64,000 nucleotides of DNA from Planctomycetota bacterium. GTDB lineage: Bacteria; Planctomycetota; PLA2; JAEUHO01. A model generated the notes under the pieces. The model ran no database searches. It was not told where the DNA came from and worked only from the letters and a program-made list of their open reading frames with translations. Below, piece after piece: positions 36,964-46,700 of this stretch (position 1 is its first letter; the number at the start of each line of letters is the position of its first letter). Both the position numbers and the translations under genes were made by a program. The DNA lies in contig CBDCWP010000021.1 of NCBI GenBank assembly GCA_965223505.1, positions 256,001 to 320,000 on the forward strand, written 5' to 3'.

Positions 36964-37707
36964 ATGTCGGCGAACCGGAACAACCTGAGCCTCCCGGTTC
37001 GCCTGTATCGCTTCGGCTACGAGCACGTCTATCGGTGGTTCAAGGGCGTCGTCACGATCCTGACCGGTCCGTTGTTTCGTGTACGCCGTGTGGGGCCGCG
37101 CACGAAGCTCCCGCCGGGCGGCATCATCATCTGCGCCAACCACGCCTCGTACCTCGACCCGCCCTTCATCCAGATGGTGGTCAGGCGCCGGCTCGTGTTC
37201 GTGATGACGAACGAGTTCTACAAGAAGCGGTTGGGCCGCTGGTTCTTCAAGCTCGTTGACGCGGTGCCGATCGGCTCGGGTCGAATGGCTCGATCCGGCC
37301 TCAAGCGCGCCATCGCACACGTGAGGCGCGGGCAAGCGGTCGGGATCTTCCCGGAGGGCCGCCTGACCCGGGATGGCAAGCCGAACAAGGCCCAGCGGGG
37401 CATCGCGATCGTGGCCCGGAGAACGGGCGCGACGATCTACCCGGCGGGCATCGCCGGATCGATGCGCGCCTGGCGGCACGGCGCGAAGCGACCGCGGCGG
37501 GCGCATGTTCGGATCAAGTTCGGTGCGCCCGTGCGCTGGGCCGACGGGCCGTGGACGCCCACCAGGGCCGATGAACAGGCGTTTGCGGACATGCTGCTCG
37601 CCCGCAGTCTCGAGCTGAAGGACTGGATCGAAACCAACGCTCCGAGCCCTTTCGACCCGCCTCGAACCGCGGCCGAGGCTCCGGCCGCCGAACGTTCAGA
37701 TTCTTGA
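36964..37707 (+). CDS. plsC: 1-acyl-sn-glycerol-3-phosphate acyltransferase
   Basis: NHASYLD (HX4D), IFPEG. Confidence 0.88.
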   Translation: MSANRNNLSLPVRLYRFGYEHVYRWFKGVVTILTGPLFRVRRVGPRTKLPPGGIIICANHASYLDPPFIQMVVRRRLVFVMTNEFYKKRLGRWFFKLVDAVPIGSGRMARSGLKRAIAHVRRGQAVGIFPEGRLTRDGKPNKAQRGIAIVARRTGATIYPAGIAGSMRAWRHGAKRPRRAHVRIKFGAPVRWADGPWTPTRADEQAFADMLLARSLELKDWIETNAPSPFDPPRTAAEAPAAERSDS

Positions 37708-37770
37708 ACGGAAGGTCGATAGGACCCCGGCAAGACCGCACCAAACCGGCGGTTGGCCCGAGGTCAGTGA

Positions 37771-40700
37771 ATGTCGACCGATTCCAACATCGGCCAGATT
37801 CTGGTCGGGCGGTACCTCCTGCGCCGTCTGCTCGGGAGCGGTGCGCACGGACGGGTCTACCTCGCCGACGACCTGGGTCGCGGCGGTACGCGCGTCGCGT
37901 TCAAGCTGGTGGAGGGACTGGTCGGCGGCGGGCCGCGTGATCCCGCCGAGTCGATCCTGCGCTGGCTTCGCCACCCGAACTGGGCCGACGTTCTCGACGC
38001 GGGCGCCTGTGGGGCGCACGACTATTTCCAGGTCACGCGCTACGTGCAGGGACGGAGCCTCGACAAGCTCGCAGGGCCGCAACCGGTCGAGCTCGTCTGG
38101 CAGGTGCTGGAAGACGGCGCGCGGGTACTCCGCGCGCTGCACCAACAGGGGCTGATCCACTACGACGTCACGCCCGGGAACCTGCTGCTCGAGCCCGACG
38201 GCGACCGATCCGCTTTCGTGCTGACGGACGGCGGCCTGGCCCACGTAGGTCCGGTGCGTGGCGTGGCGCGCGGCACGCCGCAATACATGGCGCCGGAGGT
38301 CACCGAGGACCGGGGCCATGATCACCGCACCGATCTCTATTCGCTCGGACTGGTCGCATACCGCCTCGCGGTGGGACGCGACCCGTTCGAGGGGGGTGCC
38401 GGGGACGTGTTGGGACAGCGGCGGCGTTACGACTCACCTCGTGCGTCCGTCGTTCGTCCGGAACTTCCGCCGGAGCTGGACGACCTGATCGCGGATCTGC
38501 TGGCTCGGGATCCGAACGCACGTCCGTTTGACGGCAACGCCGTGCTCGATCGCGTTCGGGATGCGCGCGACGCGCAGGTGCCCGAGTTCACTGCGGTGGA
38601 GGGGCTCGCGGCCGCAAGCGGAGGCCCGTTGGTTGGTCGCTCTCGCCAGCTCGTCCGCTTCCGCCGGACGGTCCGTGAGCTCGCGCGGCACCTTCCGGCG
38701 GAATCCGAAGCGCGTGTTCGGGGACCCGTGTCGCATCTGACGGATCCGGTCGTGCTCGTCCGCGGTGCCCCAGGCGCCGGCACGACGCGGCTGGTGAGCG
38801 AGTTTGCGTCGCTCGCGCGGGATGACGAGCTGCCGGTGATGCTGGTCGCCGGGCGTGAACGAGCGCCTGACCGACGCGGCCCGCTGCGTCGACTCGTCGA
38901 CGGACTCTCGTCACTCGGATTGGGAGAGGACGAGAAACCGGAGAAGATCCGCTTGGATCTGCGCTCCAACGGCATGCAGCGCGAGGAAAGAGCGCACGCG
39001 GCGAACCGAGCGATCGAAGTCGTGATCCGCGAGGTCGAGCGAGCGGCGGAACGCACGCCCTTCGTGCTGCTGGTCGAAGACTTCGCCGACCTGCCTTCGG
39101 GGGCGAGGGAGGCGGTGCGCGTTCTGTCGAGGCACCTCCTTTCGCGCGCCGAGGAGCCGGGCCGGCACGACGCGTCACCGGTTTCGCTCGTCGTCGACCT
39201 CGGCGTGGCTTCTCCGGACTCGCTCTTGATCCCGGACGCCATGAACTTGCAGCGTCCGGTCATCGAGCTCGACGCGCTGCAGTACGGCGATCTGCAGACG
39301 ATGTGCGAGACGCGGTTCCCCGGGCTCACGATGGTCTCGGAGGACGTCGCACGGCTCTACGAGACGTGCGACGGAATGCCGTCGACGTTGGTCGCGGTGA
39401 TGAGCGAGGCCGGGCGTCGCGGAGACCTGAGGTACGACACCGGCCGCTGGCACTGGGACCTGTCGGCGCTCGACGCGTACGAGATCCGTCGCGGGCTGAC
39501 GCCGATGCATGCGGAGGCCCTGGGGCGGGCCGGACCGCGAACGAGGACGCTGTTGCAGCAGCTCGCGCTGGTGGAGTCCAACCTGGGGGAGCCCGTCGTT
39601 CGAGCGTTGTGCGAAAGAGCGGGGCTGGAGGAGATCCCCGCGACCACGCTGTTGTCGGTGCAGGCCCAGACGACGTCCGCGGCCTATGCGCTTGCCAACA
39701 AGTCGATTCGTGACGAGCTTCTCAGAACACTGACGGAGGACGAGGTCCTCGCACATGCCGAACGGCTGATCAAGACACTGGAGGCGCACGCGTCGCCGGA
39801 GACGGTGCTCGAGCGCGCGCGTCTCCTGGTACGCGTGGGACGAGGTGAGGATGCCGTCCGGCTGCTGCACGACGCCTGCGACGACCTGACGGTCGAGGAC
39901 CGACATGCGACGCAGTCGGTCCTTCGCACGGCGCTCGACGCCGACGAGTCCCTGGCACGGGGCGAGACACGCAACGCCATTGCAGCGCTGCTCGACCATG
40001 GCCCCGACGCCGTACACCTCGCGACGGCACTTGCTTCGACCGAAATCGCGCACGAGCGTTGCTCCAACGCAATCGCTATCGCGCAGACACTGCAGTCAGG
40101 CCAAAAATACCGTGACGCTCTTGACTTCCTGAAGAACGACATCGACCCCGGTGATTCGGCCATTGAAAGTAGCCTGCTGCACTGCATCAGGGCGCAAGTC
40201 TTGCTCGCGACCCAACAACTGGAACTCGCGCATGATGCGGTTCGTGAGGCGCGCCTCTGGATGAGAAGGGGGAGAAGCGCCCGACACACTCACCCGGGCA
40301 GAGTCTTCGCATACCTCGCGACGACCGCTCAGATGATGTTCTTTCGAGGCCGGTTGGACCGCGCGGCGCGGCTCCTTCGAAGAGCCACGCGCTACGCGGC
40401 GAAGGACGGCAGCCTCTTCAAGCGTGCGAGCGTTCTGAACAACCTCGCTATCACGCTGACGTCCAGCGGAAGGCCACGAGAAGCGCAGCGGTATTTCCAG
40501 AGGGCACTCCGCCTAATGCGGCTCATTGGTGACACCGATGGTGTGGTCTTCACCACACTAAACGTAGCCCGTTTGAACTACCTCGCTGGCGATCCATTGG
40601 GAAGCGCGTCGCTCTACAAACAATGCGCGGCGCTAGCGCAACGATATGCGCTGCACGTAACGGTCACGAAGGCCCTGCGCGCCTTGGCGCTGATCTTCGA

Positions 40701-43299
40701 CGAAGGCGGCAATCCCACGCTGGCGTTGTCCACGCTGACGCGGGCGCTTCGCACCGCCGAAGAGAAGGATCTGGCAGCGCGGAGCGCGCGACTGGCGTGG
40801 GACATCGCGCCGCTCGCAGCGGCGCTCGGCGAGAGCCAGGCGGCCCGCAAGGCGCTCGCCGTGTCCGCCCGATGCGCCCGGCAGCGCGTCACGACCGAAT
40901 GCCGGCCGATGCACTTCATCACGAGCGGCGTCTCGTCACTGCACGTCGGCAACCCGGCGCGCTTCCGCCGCAGGATCGAGCTGGCGGAGCGGCACCAGAC
41001 GGATCTCCTCGGCGAGAACGCGCCGCTCCTGCCCATCCTGCGCTCCGCGGCCGTCGCGCTCTCCCAGGGCAACTTCGCCCCGGACCTGTCGGCGCGGCCC
41101 GCCCCGCGCGAGTCGGGCCGACTGATCTACCGCGCCCTCGCATGGATGGCCCAAGCCGGGCGGAATCCGGCGCAGCTCTCGGTAGCCGACGCGCCGTACC
41201 TGGTGCACGATCGCGCGCGGGCCGGCTACCAGCCGGGATTCGAGCAGCGCATCGCCGTCGAGCTGTGCCTACACGTATTCACCTACTCTCGGGCTCCACT
41301 GCGCAGCGAGGCGATCGCCGACATCCGAGCGCGCGCCCAACGCGCCGGCGAGAAGATGATCCTCGCGAGGACGTGTGCGCTGTCCTCGGCCCTACAGGAC
41401 AGTCCGCTCACACCGGACGACGCCCGTCGCTTCTCGCAGGCCGTATCGCTGCTCGGTTCGATTCCCCGGTTCGTCGATTTCGGCTCGCACGGCCTTCCCA
41501 AGGAGTTCGACGTTGCGGTGCAACGTCACGCCGCGACGGTTCGACCGATCACGTCCGAGGAGACCGTCTCCGTCGAATCGCTACACGCGCTGGCGCATCG
41601 GCTGCTCGTCCACAGCGGATCGACGGACGCGCCGGACAAACGGCTCGCCTCGGCACTTCGACGCGTTCTCGAAGCCACGGCCCTCATGAAGGCCGGCGCG
41701 GACGTCGATGCGCTGCTGGCCGACATGACCCGCAACACGATCGAGATCACGGGCGCGGAGCGTGCCTGCGTCGTTCGATTGGAGGGCGACACCGAGCTGC
41801 AGATCAAGGTCGCGACGAGCGCGACGGAGCAGGATCACAAGGTCAGCATCGAGGACCTCTCGCACACCGTCATCCATCGCGTCATCGTCTCCCGCCAGGC
41901 GCTCTTGCTGCATGACGTGTTCGACGACGAGGAGCTCCTGGGGCGCCCGAGCATCACAGCCCTCTCGCTCCGCTCGATTCTGTGCGTGCCGATGCTGCGC
42001 GGCGAGACGCTCTACGGGGTGATGTACGCCGACAACACGTCAGCGGCCGGCTCGTTCGACAAGACCGACCTCGAGGTCCTGATGCTCTTCGCAGAGCAGG
42101 CAGCGGCCGCGCTCGAGACGATGCGCCTCGTCGCCGACGTCCAGGCGAGCATGGAGGAGCTCAAGGCCATGCAGGACCGGCTCGTTCGCGGCGAGCGACT
42201 GCGCGTCATCGGTGAGTTGAGCAGCGGCGTCGCGCACGAGTTCAACAACCTGTTGACCTCGATCCTCGCGCGCGTCCAGCTGATCAGCCTCAACCCGCTG
42301 AGCGTCGAGCTGAAGAACGACCTCGATCTGATCGAGAAGGCCAGCCTCGACGCCGCCGAGGTCGTACGCCGCCTCCAGAGCTTCAGCCGCTCCCAACGGC
42401 AGGCCGACTTCCGGCCCGTGAAGATCGAGGAGATGTGTTCGGACGCGGTCGAGTTCCTCCGTCCGCTCTGGGCGACGCGCAGGCGCCACGGACGCCCGGC
42501 GATCCGGGTTCAGGTCCGCTGCGAAGACGACCTCGACGTCGCCGGAGATCCGACGGAGCTTCGCGAGGTGCTCACGAATCTGATCAAGAACGCCCTCGAC
42601 GCGCTCGACGACGGCGGGGACATCACCGTCTCCGCCGCCGAGCGCGACGGTGAGATCCGCGTTCGCGTCGAGGACACGGGCAGTGGCGTCCCCGAGGAGC
42701 TGCTTTCGAAGGTGTTCGACCCCTTCTTCACCACGAAGGGCGAGCGCGGGACCGGGCTCGGACTCGCATTGAGCCAGCAGATCGTCGAACGACACGGCGG
42801 CTCGATGACGATCGACCGGGGAGCGGGCGGCGTCGGCACGCTGGTTTCGATCACGCTACCCAAGCTCGAAGACAGCGCGTCCCCCGTGCTCGCCGACACC
42901 GCGACCGAGGACACGTCCGAAGGAAACGGCTCCATCAAGGTGCTCGTCGTCGACGACGACGAGAGCGTGCGCGAGCCGCTCTGCGAGTATCTCGAGCTGT
43001 CGGGCTACGAGGTTCACGCCGCTCGAGACGGCAGCGAGGGTCTGCGCGCCGCTCCGGCCGTCTCCCCCGACATCGTGATCAGCGACGTCGGCATGCCGGG
43101 CATGGACGGTCTCGAGCTCTGCCGTCGACTGCGAGCGCTCTTGCCGGAGCTCCCGGTGATCTTGATCAGCGGATGGGCGAGCGGCATCAAGCCGGTGCAG
43201 GCTCGCCGGGCTGGGGCGCGCGCCCTGCTGGCGAAGCCGTTCGCCATGCAGCAGGTGACGGAGCTCGTGACCTCGCTCACCTCCGCGGCCCGCAATTGA
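37771..43299 (+). CDS. Multidomain signalling protein: Ser/Thr kinase-like - STAND/AAA NTPase-like - TPR - GAF - histidine kinase - receiver
   Basis: LGSGAHG/HYDVTPGN/DGG/YMAPE; GAPGAGTT and LLVED; LNNLA TPRs; SILCVPM GAF; AHEFNNLL, NALDA, FTTK.GTGLG; VVDDD, SDVGMP, KPF. Confidence 0.9.
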   Translation: MSTDSNIGQILVGRYLLRRLLGSGAHGRVYLADDLGRGGTRVAFKLVEGLVGGGPRDPAESILRWLRHPNWADVLDAGACGAHDYFQVTRYVQGRSLDKLAGPQPVELVWQVLEDGARVLRALHQQGLIHYDVTPGNLLLEPDGDRSAFVLTDGGLAHVGPVRGVARGTPQYMAPEVTEDRGHDHRTDLYSLGLVAYRLAVGRDPFEGGAGDVLGQRRRYDSPRASVVRPELPPELDDLIADLLARDPNARPFDGNAVLDRVRDARDAQVPEFTAVEGLAAASGGPLVGRSRQLVRFRRTVRELARHLPAESEARVRGPVSHLTDPVVLVRGAPGAGTTRLVSEFASLARDDELPVMLVAGRERAPDRRGPLRRLVDGLSSLGLGEDEKPEKIRLDLRSNGMQREERAHAANRAIEVVIREVERAAERTPFVLLVEDFADLPSGAREAVRVLSRHLLSRAEEPGRHDASPVSLVVDLGVASPDSLLIPDAMNLQRPVIELDALQYGDLQTMCETRFPGLTMVSEDVARLYETCDGMPSTLVAVMSEAGRRGDLRYDTGRWHWDLSALDAYEIRRGLTPMHAEALGRAGPRTRTLLQQLALVESNLGEPVVRALCERAGLEEIPATTLLSVQAQTTSAAYALANKSIRDELLRTLTEDEVLAHAERLIKTLEAHASPETVLERARLLVRVGRGEDAVRLLHDACDDLTVEDRHATQSVLRTALDADESLARGETRNAIAALLDHGPDAVHLATALASTEIAHERCSNAIAIAQTLQSGQKYRDALDFLKNDIDPGDSAIESSLLHCIRAQVLLATQQLELAHDAVREARLWMRRGRSARHTHPGRVFAYLATTAQMMFFRGRLDRAARLLRRATRYAAKDGSLFKRASVLNNLAITLTSSGRPREAQRYFQRALRLMRLIGDTDGVVFTTLNVARLNYLAGDPLGSASLYKQCAALAQRYALHVTVTKALRALALIFDEGGNPTLALSTLTRALRTAEEKDLAARSARLAWDIAPLAAALGESQAARKALAVSARCARQRVTTECRPMHFITSGVSSLHVGNPARFRRRIELAERHQTDLLGENAPLLPILRSAAVALSQGNFAPDLSARPAPRESGRLIYRALAWMAQAGRNPAQLSVADAPYLVHDRARAGYQPGFEQRIAVELCLHVFTYSRAPLRSEAIADIRARAQRAGEKMILARTCALSSALQDSPLTPDDARRFSQAVSLLGSIPRFVDFGSHGLPKEFDVAVQRHAATVRPITSEETVSVESLHALAHRLLVHSGSTDAPDKRLASALRRVLEATALMKAGADVDALLADMTRNTIEITGAERACVVRLEGDTELQIKVATSATEQDHKVSIEDLSHTVIHRVIVSRQALLLHDVFDDEELLGRPSITALSLRSILCVPMLRGETLYGVMYADNTSAAGSFDKTDLEVLMLFAEQAAAALETMRLVADVQASMEELKAMQDRLVRGERLRVIGELSSGVAHEFNNLLTSILARVQLISLNPLSVELKNDLDLIEKASLDAAEVVRRLQSFSRSQRQADFRPVKIEEMCSDAVEFLRPLWATRRRHGRPAIRVQVRCEDDLDVAGDPTELREVLTNLIKNALDALDDGGDITVSAAERDGEIRVRVEDTGSGVPEELLSKVFDPFFTTKGERGTGLGLALSQQIVERHGGSMTIDRGAGGVGTLVSITLPKLEDSASPVLADTATEDTSEGNGSIKVLVVDDDESVREPLCEYLELSGYEVHAARDGSEGLRAAPAVSPDIVISDVGMPGMDGLELCRRLRALLPELPVILISGWASGIKPVQARRAGARALLAKPFAMQQVTELVTSLTSAARN

Positions 43300-43300
43300 A

Positions 43301-43325
43301 AGCGGCCGGCGCGATGCCGGCCGCT
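43301..43325. terminator. Hairpin between convergent genes (possible bidirectional terminator)
   Basis: AGCGGCCGGC-GCGAT-GCCGGCCGCT. Confidence 0.6.
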
Positions 43326-43350
43326 CTCCAGTCGATCGTTCGGCCCGATC

Positions 43351-43677
43351 CTAGTTGATCCACTCCCACTCGGTGGACTGGATGGCGTGCCACTTGCCGC
43401 CAACGGAGACGTGCAGGATGGTGCCATCCATGCCGGTGCCCGCGTTCAACGCCGGCACGCACTCGAGGTAGGTCTGGAGCTCGCCGGCGGTTACCGGAGC
43501 GCCGTAGACGTCGTAGACCTGGATGTCCTTGCCGGCGGCGCCGAGCACGGAGAGCGTGCCGAACGAGCCGGACCACTGGTACTGAACGCCCACCGGCTCG
43601 GGAGCCAGGTCCGCGCTCGCCGTGGTCGTAACAAGGCTGGCCGCAAGGACGACGGCCACAATCCCGAGGAACTTCAT
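43351..43677 (-). CDS. Small secreted protein (108 aa) with an aromatic C-terminal tail
   Basis: RBS AGGAGAG; signal peptide MKFLGIVAVVLAASLVTTTASA; good codon usage; ends QSTEWEWIN. Confidence 0.8.
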   Translation of the reverse strand: MKFLGIVAVVLAASLVTTTASADLAPEPVGVQYQWSGSFGTLSVLGAAGKDIQVYDVYGAPVTAGELQTYLECVPALNAGTGMDGTILHVSVGGKWHAIQSTEWEWIN

Positions 43678-43788
43678 CGGTGCTCTCCTGGTGGATCTGA
43701 AGCGCTCCTTGCGCGTCAGGTGTTGAGATTCTTAAACAGTGGTCGATTTTTTTCAACATAGAACGTTGCAGAAAAACCACTTACGTCG

Positions 43789-46700
43789 ATGGCCGATGCA
43801 AACGCCCACGAAACAGCGGGCCGGGAAGGGCCTCGTAACCCCTTGCGGGCAATAGCCCTCCGGACGTATGCCTTTTCGATGCGCCGCTGCCGCCCGCTCT
43901 TGATCTGCTGTCGGCCGAGAGCCCGTAGGAGCCGCCGACGCGGTCGGCCGTGGTGGCTGAGGCGACGTCGCTTTCAGCTCAGGGTCACCATCCACGCGTG
44001 CGAAGTCACCGAGTACGGGGTGGTCATCACGTTCTCGCTCCTCCGTGCCATGTTCACGCACGGGCGCTTCCCTCGAGTGATCGCCTTTGAATACGACCCC
44101 TCCCTCCCGGCTCATCGGTTTGTGGCGAGCACGCTCCTGGCGACTGCCGATCCGACGCCAAATACTCTGGCTGAACTCAGGCGTAGCCCACCCCAACCGC
44201 AGGTGCCGACGCGCCCATCAACCAGTTGGTGGTACCGACGCGGCTTCATGCAGGAAGGCGTCGTGCGCTTGGGGCGCACTCTCGAGCGGAGACCCACACG
44301 TCGAGTCGCTTGGCTCGCAATAGTCCGCTTGCTTTCGACGCCGCAGCCCGCCTCACGACTCCGTTCAGACTTCGTCCGAATTGCGCGCAAGGCCGCGGGC
44401 GTCGTCGCAGAGACTGATGTCGTCCGAGTGTTTGGGCAGGATCTGATCCGATATCTGCTCAACGAAGGCGACCTCGACTTGCGCCGCTACCGTGATGCAC
44501 TCCGGAGTGTTGACGAAACCGAGCGGGACTATCTCCGTGCAGTAGTCGCGATCCTCAGTGCTCGACATGCTGTTTCAACCGCCAAGTCGCCAGCCGTAAG
44601 GCTCGTCGCTGCTTGGCGCGCCGAACGACGCTCGCGCCGAGCGGGACTGCTGTCACTGCAGGGGACCGCGCGCTCGTTTCGAAGGCGTATGGAAGGAGCG
44701 TACGAGGATGTCGCGCGAGTGATGGTCCGAAGCCACCGAACGAGGGCTCTGTTGCCGGAAGCGAGTCGATTCGTTTCGCCGGCCAATGACTGGCTGTTCT
44801 TCGCACTTCAGCAAGGGAGAACCCCCTATTCGCAGATTCGTGCGGCCATCGGCTGTCTTGCGGACGCGTGGCCGAATGCAAGAGTGCCAATTGGCGTCGC
44901 AACCGCACTCAGGTTGCGTGACTTGCGACGCTGCTTCCCTGGGTCAGCGGAGCGGCTCAGGTCGGTACTAGCTGAGCGATCGCTTCTGGACAACGAGTTC
45001 GCTCAGACGACTGCGCCTTCGGCTAGCGCCGCGAACGTCCTGCACATCCTCTCCGCCGGGATACTAGGTGAGCCTCTTCGACGTGCATTTCCGCTTGAAC
45101 CAGGGCACCTCGCCTTCTTACCGGCGCTATGGCGGCGCCACCGGCCGATGGGCCGGAACAGCGCTCGTGGAGGCACTCTCGATAGGAATGCGGCCGTAGA
45201 CCTCGCCTGCAGCCTAGTCATTCATGGGCAGCCCGTTGATCGCCAGCAGCGGAGAGTACTAGTCTCGGCACTTCGTAGCGAACGGCCGTGGTCCCGGCGG
45301 CTGATTGTTGGGATGGTTGCCTGCCGGATGCTCCTCAGAGAGGGCAACGTCCCACTCGCGGGCAAACAGCTCGTCAAGGCCAAGGACGCCTACGACGGGT
45401 TTCGTGCACTCTGTCGGCAACACGACGTCGAGAAACAACCGGATCTGCTCGACGACTACGAGTCGCACTGCACTCGCGTGCTGGAGGCCTTCACCCCTCG
45501 CGTCGCTCCCGGAAAGCACGTCGTCCGAACCCTCGAGCGCGTGATCGCGCGCCTACCGCGCCGCCGGCCCCGTCACCCGGGCCGAACGCTCGCAGCGCTC
45601 GACGCCGTCATCACCGCGGGCCAGTCCGCGCCGGATCAAGAGATCGACCAGCGGGTCGTGCGGGAACTCGCACGAATGCTGCGGGCCCGCGTCCTCTTCC
45701 ACTACGCCGCGGGACGCTACCTCTCGCTCGAACATCAACGACGACACACGCTCTCGACCTGGACGATGAGGCGGCTGGTCTGCGACGACGAGTTTCTCGT
45801 GAAGAAGGTCCGCCGCCGACCCGAGTTCTGGCGACCGGAGCAACGACGACCCGGAGGCGTCATCCGCTTCGCCGTCGGACGCGGTGTCGCGTGTCTGGCA
45901 AGGAAGTCCCCGTTCCGCAATCGCGAAGCCCGCGCCGTACGAACGGTCCTGCGCTTCCTGGCCGAGCGCCGGGAGAAGCCGCAGGCGCCTCTGACGGTGG
46001 CGAGGGACATCCGAGGCCGTCGAACGCGCGAGCCGCGCCCCATCGAGGGGCTGGTGGGGACCTCGCGTCCGTGGCGGCGCACGCTGCGAAACGTGTGGCG
46101 ATTCGCGCCGACGGACTGTTCCGTGATCGTCTTGGGTGAGACCGGCACCGGCAAGGAAGGCGTCGCCCGGGCGCTGCATCTGGCGTCCGAGCGCGCGCAG
46201 GGCCCCTTCATCACGGTCAACTGCGGGGCTGTCCACACCGAAACACTGGCCTCGACCCTCTTCGGTCACGTGCGCGGCGCCTTCACGGGCGCAGACCGCC
46301 CACGTCGCGGTCTCTTCGTCGCCGCGCATCGCGGCACGCTCTTCTTCGACGAGCTCAGCGAAATGCCCTACGACATGCAGACCGCTCTGCTGCGGGTGCT
46401 GGAAGAAAGGACCATCCTGCCGCTCGGTGCGACCAAGCCGCGCCGCATCGACGTTCGAATCGTGTCGGCGACCCACTCCGACATCGACGCCGCCGTTGCC
46501 ACAGGCCGACTGCGCTCCGATCTCGTCCATCGATTGGACGTCGCACGCCTGGTGCTCCCGCCGCTGCGCGAGCGCATGTCCGACCTGCCGTTGCTCACGA
46601 GCCATCTCCTCGCACGCGCCGAGATCGCCCAGACGATGCACATGGACGCGCTCGAAGCGCTGGCCCGCCACACGTGGCCGGGCAACGTACGAGAGCTGGA

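Noticed and set aside
43680..45450. Prophage, IS or diversity-generating retroelement as the cause of the atypical composition
   Set aside because: No integrase, transposase, reverse transcriptase, terminal repeats or template/variable repeat pair seen in the window
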